Shown: one piece after another, positions 30,859 through 32,000 of the stretch
How the letters are laid out: each line of letters starts with the position of its first letter
Numbering within the stretch: position 1 is the first letter of the stretch
NCBI RefSeq assembly: GCF_005696695.1
Contig: NZ_CP040006.1
Coordinates: 630,001-662,000, forward strand
Source: Schaalia odontolytica
GTDB taxonomy: Bacteria > Actinomycetota > Actinomycetes > Actinomycetales > Actinomycetaceae
Direction: 5' to 3'
Length of the DNA: 32,000 nucleotides
The notes under the pieces: model-generated
What the model was told of the DNA's origin: nothing
Databases searched by the model: none
Seen by the model: the letters and a program-made list of their open reading frames with translations, nothing else
Made by a program: the position numbers and the translations under genes

Positions 30859-31675
30859 CAAGAAGCGTCTTTCCACGATCATTTCGGTTGTCCTGCTCGG
30901 GATTATCGCGGTCGGTTTCCTGTTCCCCTTCGTGTGGATGGTCGCGACCTCCCTTAAGCCCACAACAGAGGTCTTCAGCCTGAGTCCGACCGGCAGTCGA
31001 ATCGCCTGGGATAACTATCCGTCTGCTCTTAACTCTATTCCGTTTGGCCGAGTTGTCCTCAACTCCTTCATCGTTTCGCTGGCAGGTGCGGCCCTCGTGG
31101 TCGTCGTGTCGGTTCTGTCCGCCTACGCGTTCGCGCGTCTGCGCTTCAGGGGTCGCGATCACCTGTTCATGCTGTTCCTGGGCACGCTGGTCCTGCCCCA
31201 GGAAGTCCTCGTGATCCCGCTGTACATCGGTATGCAGCGCATGGGCCTGGTGAACTCCTACTTTGCCCTTATCGTGCCCTTCGCGTTCGGCGCTTTCGGC
31301 GCGTTCCTAATCCGGCAGTTCCTCATGTCCCTTCCCCTCGAGTTCGAGGAGGCGGCTCGTATTGACGGCTGCAGCGACTGGAAGATCCTGACGAAGATCC
31401 TGCTGCCCCTGCTCAAGGCTCCGATCACTGTGGTGGGCGTGTTCGCGTTTATCGACTACTGGTCCGCGTTCCTGTGGCCCCTCATCGTGGTTAACGATTC
31501 GTCGCTGGCGACGATCCCGCTGGGCCTGCAGATGTTCTCGGGTGAGCGCGGCACCGACTGGGGCCCGCTGATGGCCGCGGTGACGATGACGACGATCCCG
31601 TCGATCCTGCTGGTCGTGTTCCTGCAGAAGCAGCTGGAAAAGGGCGTCACCCTGGGCGCCTTCGGAGGACGATGA
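30851..31675 (+). CDS. Carbohydrate ABC transporter permease (MalG/UgpE-like)
   Basis: 274 aa with the EAA loop EEAARIDGCSDWKILTKILLPLLKAP. Overlaps the preceding gene by 8 nt. Confidence 0.9.
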   Translation: MHNKKRLSTIISVVLLGIIAVGFLFPFVWMVATSLKPTTEVFSLSPTGSRIAWDNYPSALNSIPFGRVVLNSFIVSLAGAALVVVVSVLSAYAFARLRFRGRDHLFMLFLGTLVLPQEVLVIPLYIGMQRMGLVNSYFALIVPFAFGAFGAFLIRQFLMSLPLEFEEAARIDGCSDWKILTKILLPLLKAPITVVGVFAFIDYWSAFLWPLIVVNDSSLATIPLGLQMFSGERGTDWGPLMAAVTMTTIPSILLVVFLQKQLEKGVTLGAFGGR

Positions 31676-32000
31676 CGAACATGAGTGACACGATGACCGA
31701 TACCGAGCGCTGGAGTGCGCTGTCCCGCCCGACCCCGCAGTGGTTTGAGGACGCCCCGCTGGGTATCTTCGTCCACTGGGGTCCCTACTCGGTCCCCGCG
31801 TGGGCCGAGGACCACGGGGAGCTGGGTGTCGAGGAGGACTGGGAGGCCTGGTTCACCCACAACTCCTACGCGGAGTGGTACTTCAACACGATTCGTATCC
31901 CGGGTTCCCCGGCCGCGCTGCGCCACAAGGACCTGTACGGGTCGGCCTCGTACGACGCGTTCCTGGATGCGTGGGACCCCGACGCGTGGGATCCGGCTGA
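31672..32000 (+). CDS. GH29 alpha-L-fucosidase, N-terminal part (runs off the window end)
   Basis: My own frame-1 translation from the ATG at 31672 (ATGA overlap with the permease stop) gives MTNMSDTMTDTERWSALSRPTPQWFEDAPLGIFVHWGPYSVPAWAE.. The GIFxHWGxYSVPA motif is characteristic of GH29. It is absent from the ORF track because it is open-ended. Confidence 0.75.
   Translation, partial: MTNMSDTMTDTERWSALSRPTPQWFEDAPLGIFVHWGPYSVPAWAEDHGELGVEEDWEAWFTHNSYAEWYFNTIRIPGSPAALRHKDLYGSASYDAFLDAWDPDAWDPA

Overview
High-GC actinobacterial chromosomal segment. Hand-counted 60-nt samples of ordinary genes are about 75% G+C. The gene content and two LAxTG-anchored surface proteins suggest an Actinomycetaceae-like host, but that is inference only. 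Most of the window is recognisable core metabolism and DNA/RNA housekeeping. In order: a DUF1003 / MgtE-N-CBS gene pair, a YflT-like membrane protein, an Xaa-Pro aminopeptidase, and an ansP-ansA asparagine operon. Then a PHP phosphoesterase-MarC pair, two sortase-substrate surface proteins, and glycogen phosphorylase. Then a YtrA-type GntR regulator with its ABC exporter, a DEAD-box RNA helicase, a ferritin-like protein, DUF3107 and the AdnA/AdnB helicase-nuclease; this last block has the same synteny as the mycobacterial Rv3211-Rv3201c region. The window ends with a sugar ABC importer followed by a GH29 fucosidase. The one clear anomaly is a roughly 1.6-kb low-GC island at about 16.85-18.43 kb, lying between a membrane-anchored AlbA_2/Schlafen-like protein gene and the 3' end of the helicase gene. 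The island carries an orphan polytopic membrane ORF (33-50% G+C in hand-counted samples). The ORF is followed by a 650-bp non-coding nested repeat array of four homologous macro-units, with header spacing of 168/168/148 bp. Each macro-unit is built from 19-22 bp micro-units arranged as forward then reverse-complement words. The arms co-vary between units so that complementarity is preserved. I regard this array, plus its cargo ORF and the adjacent AlbA_2 gene, as the best candidate for something undescribed; no function can be assigned from sequence alone. The many long ORFs antisense to real genes are treated as high-GC artefacts.
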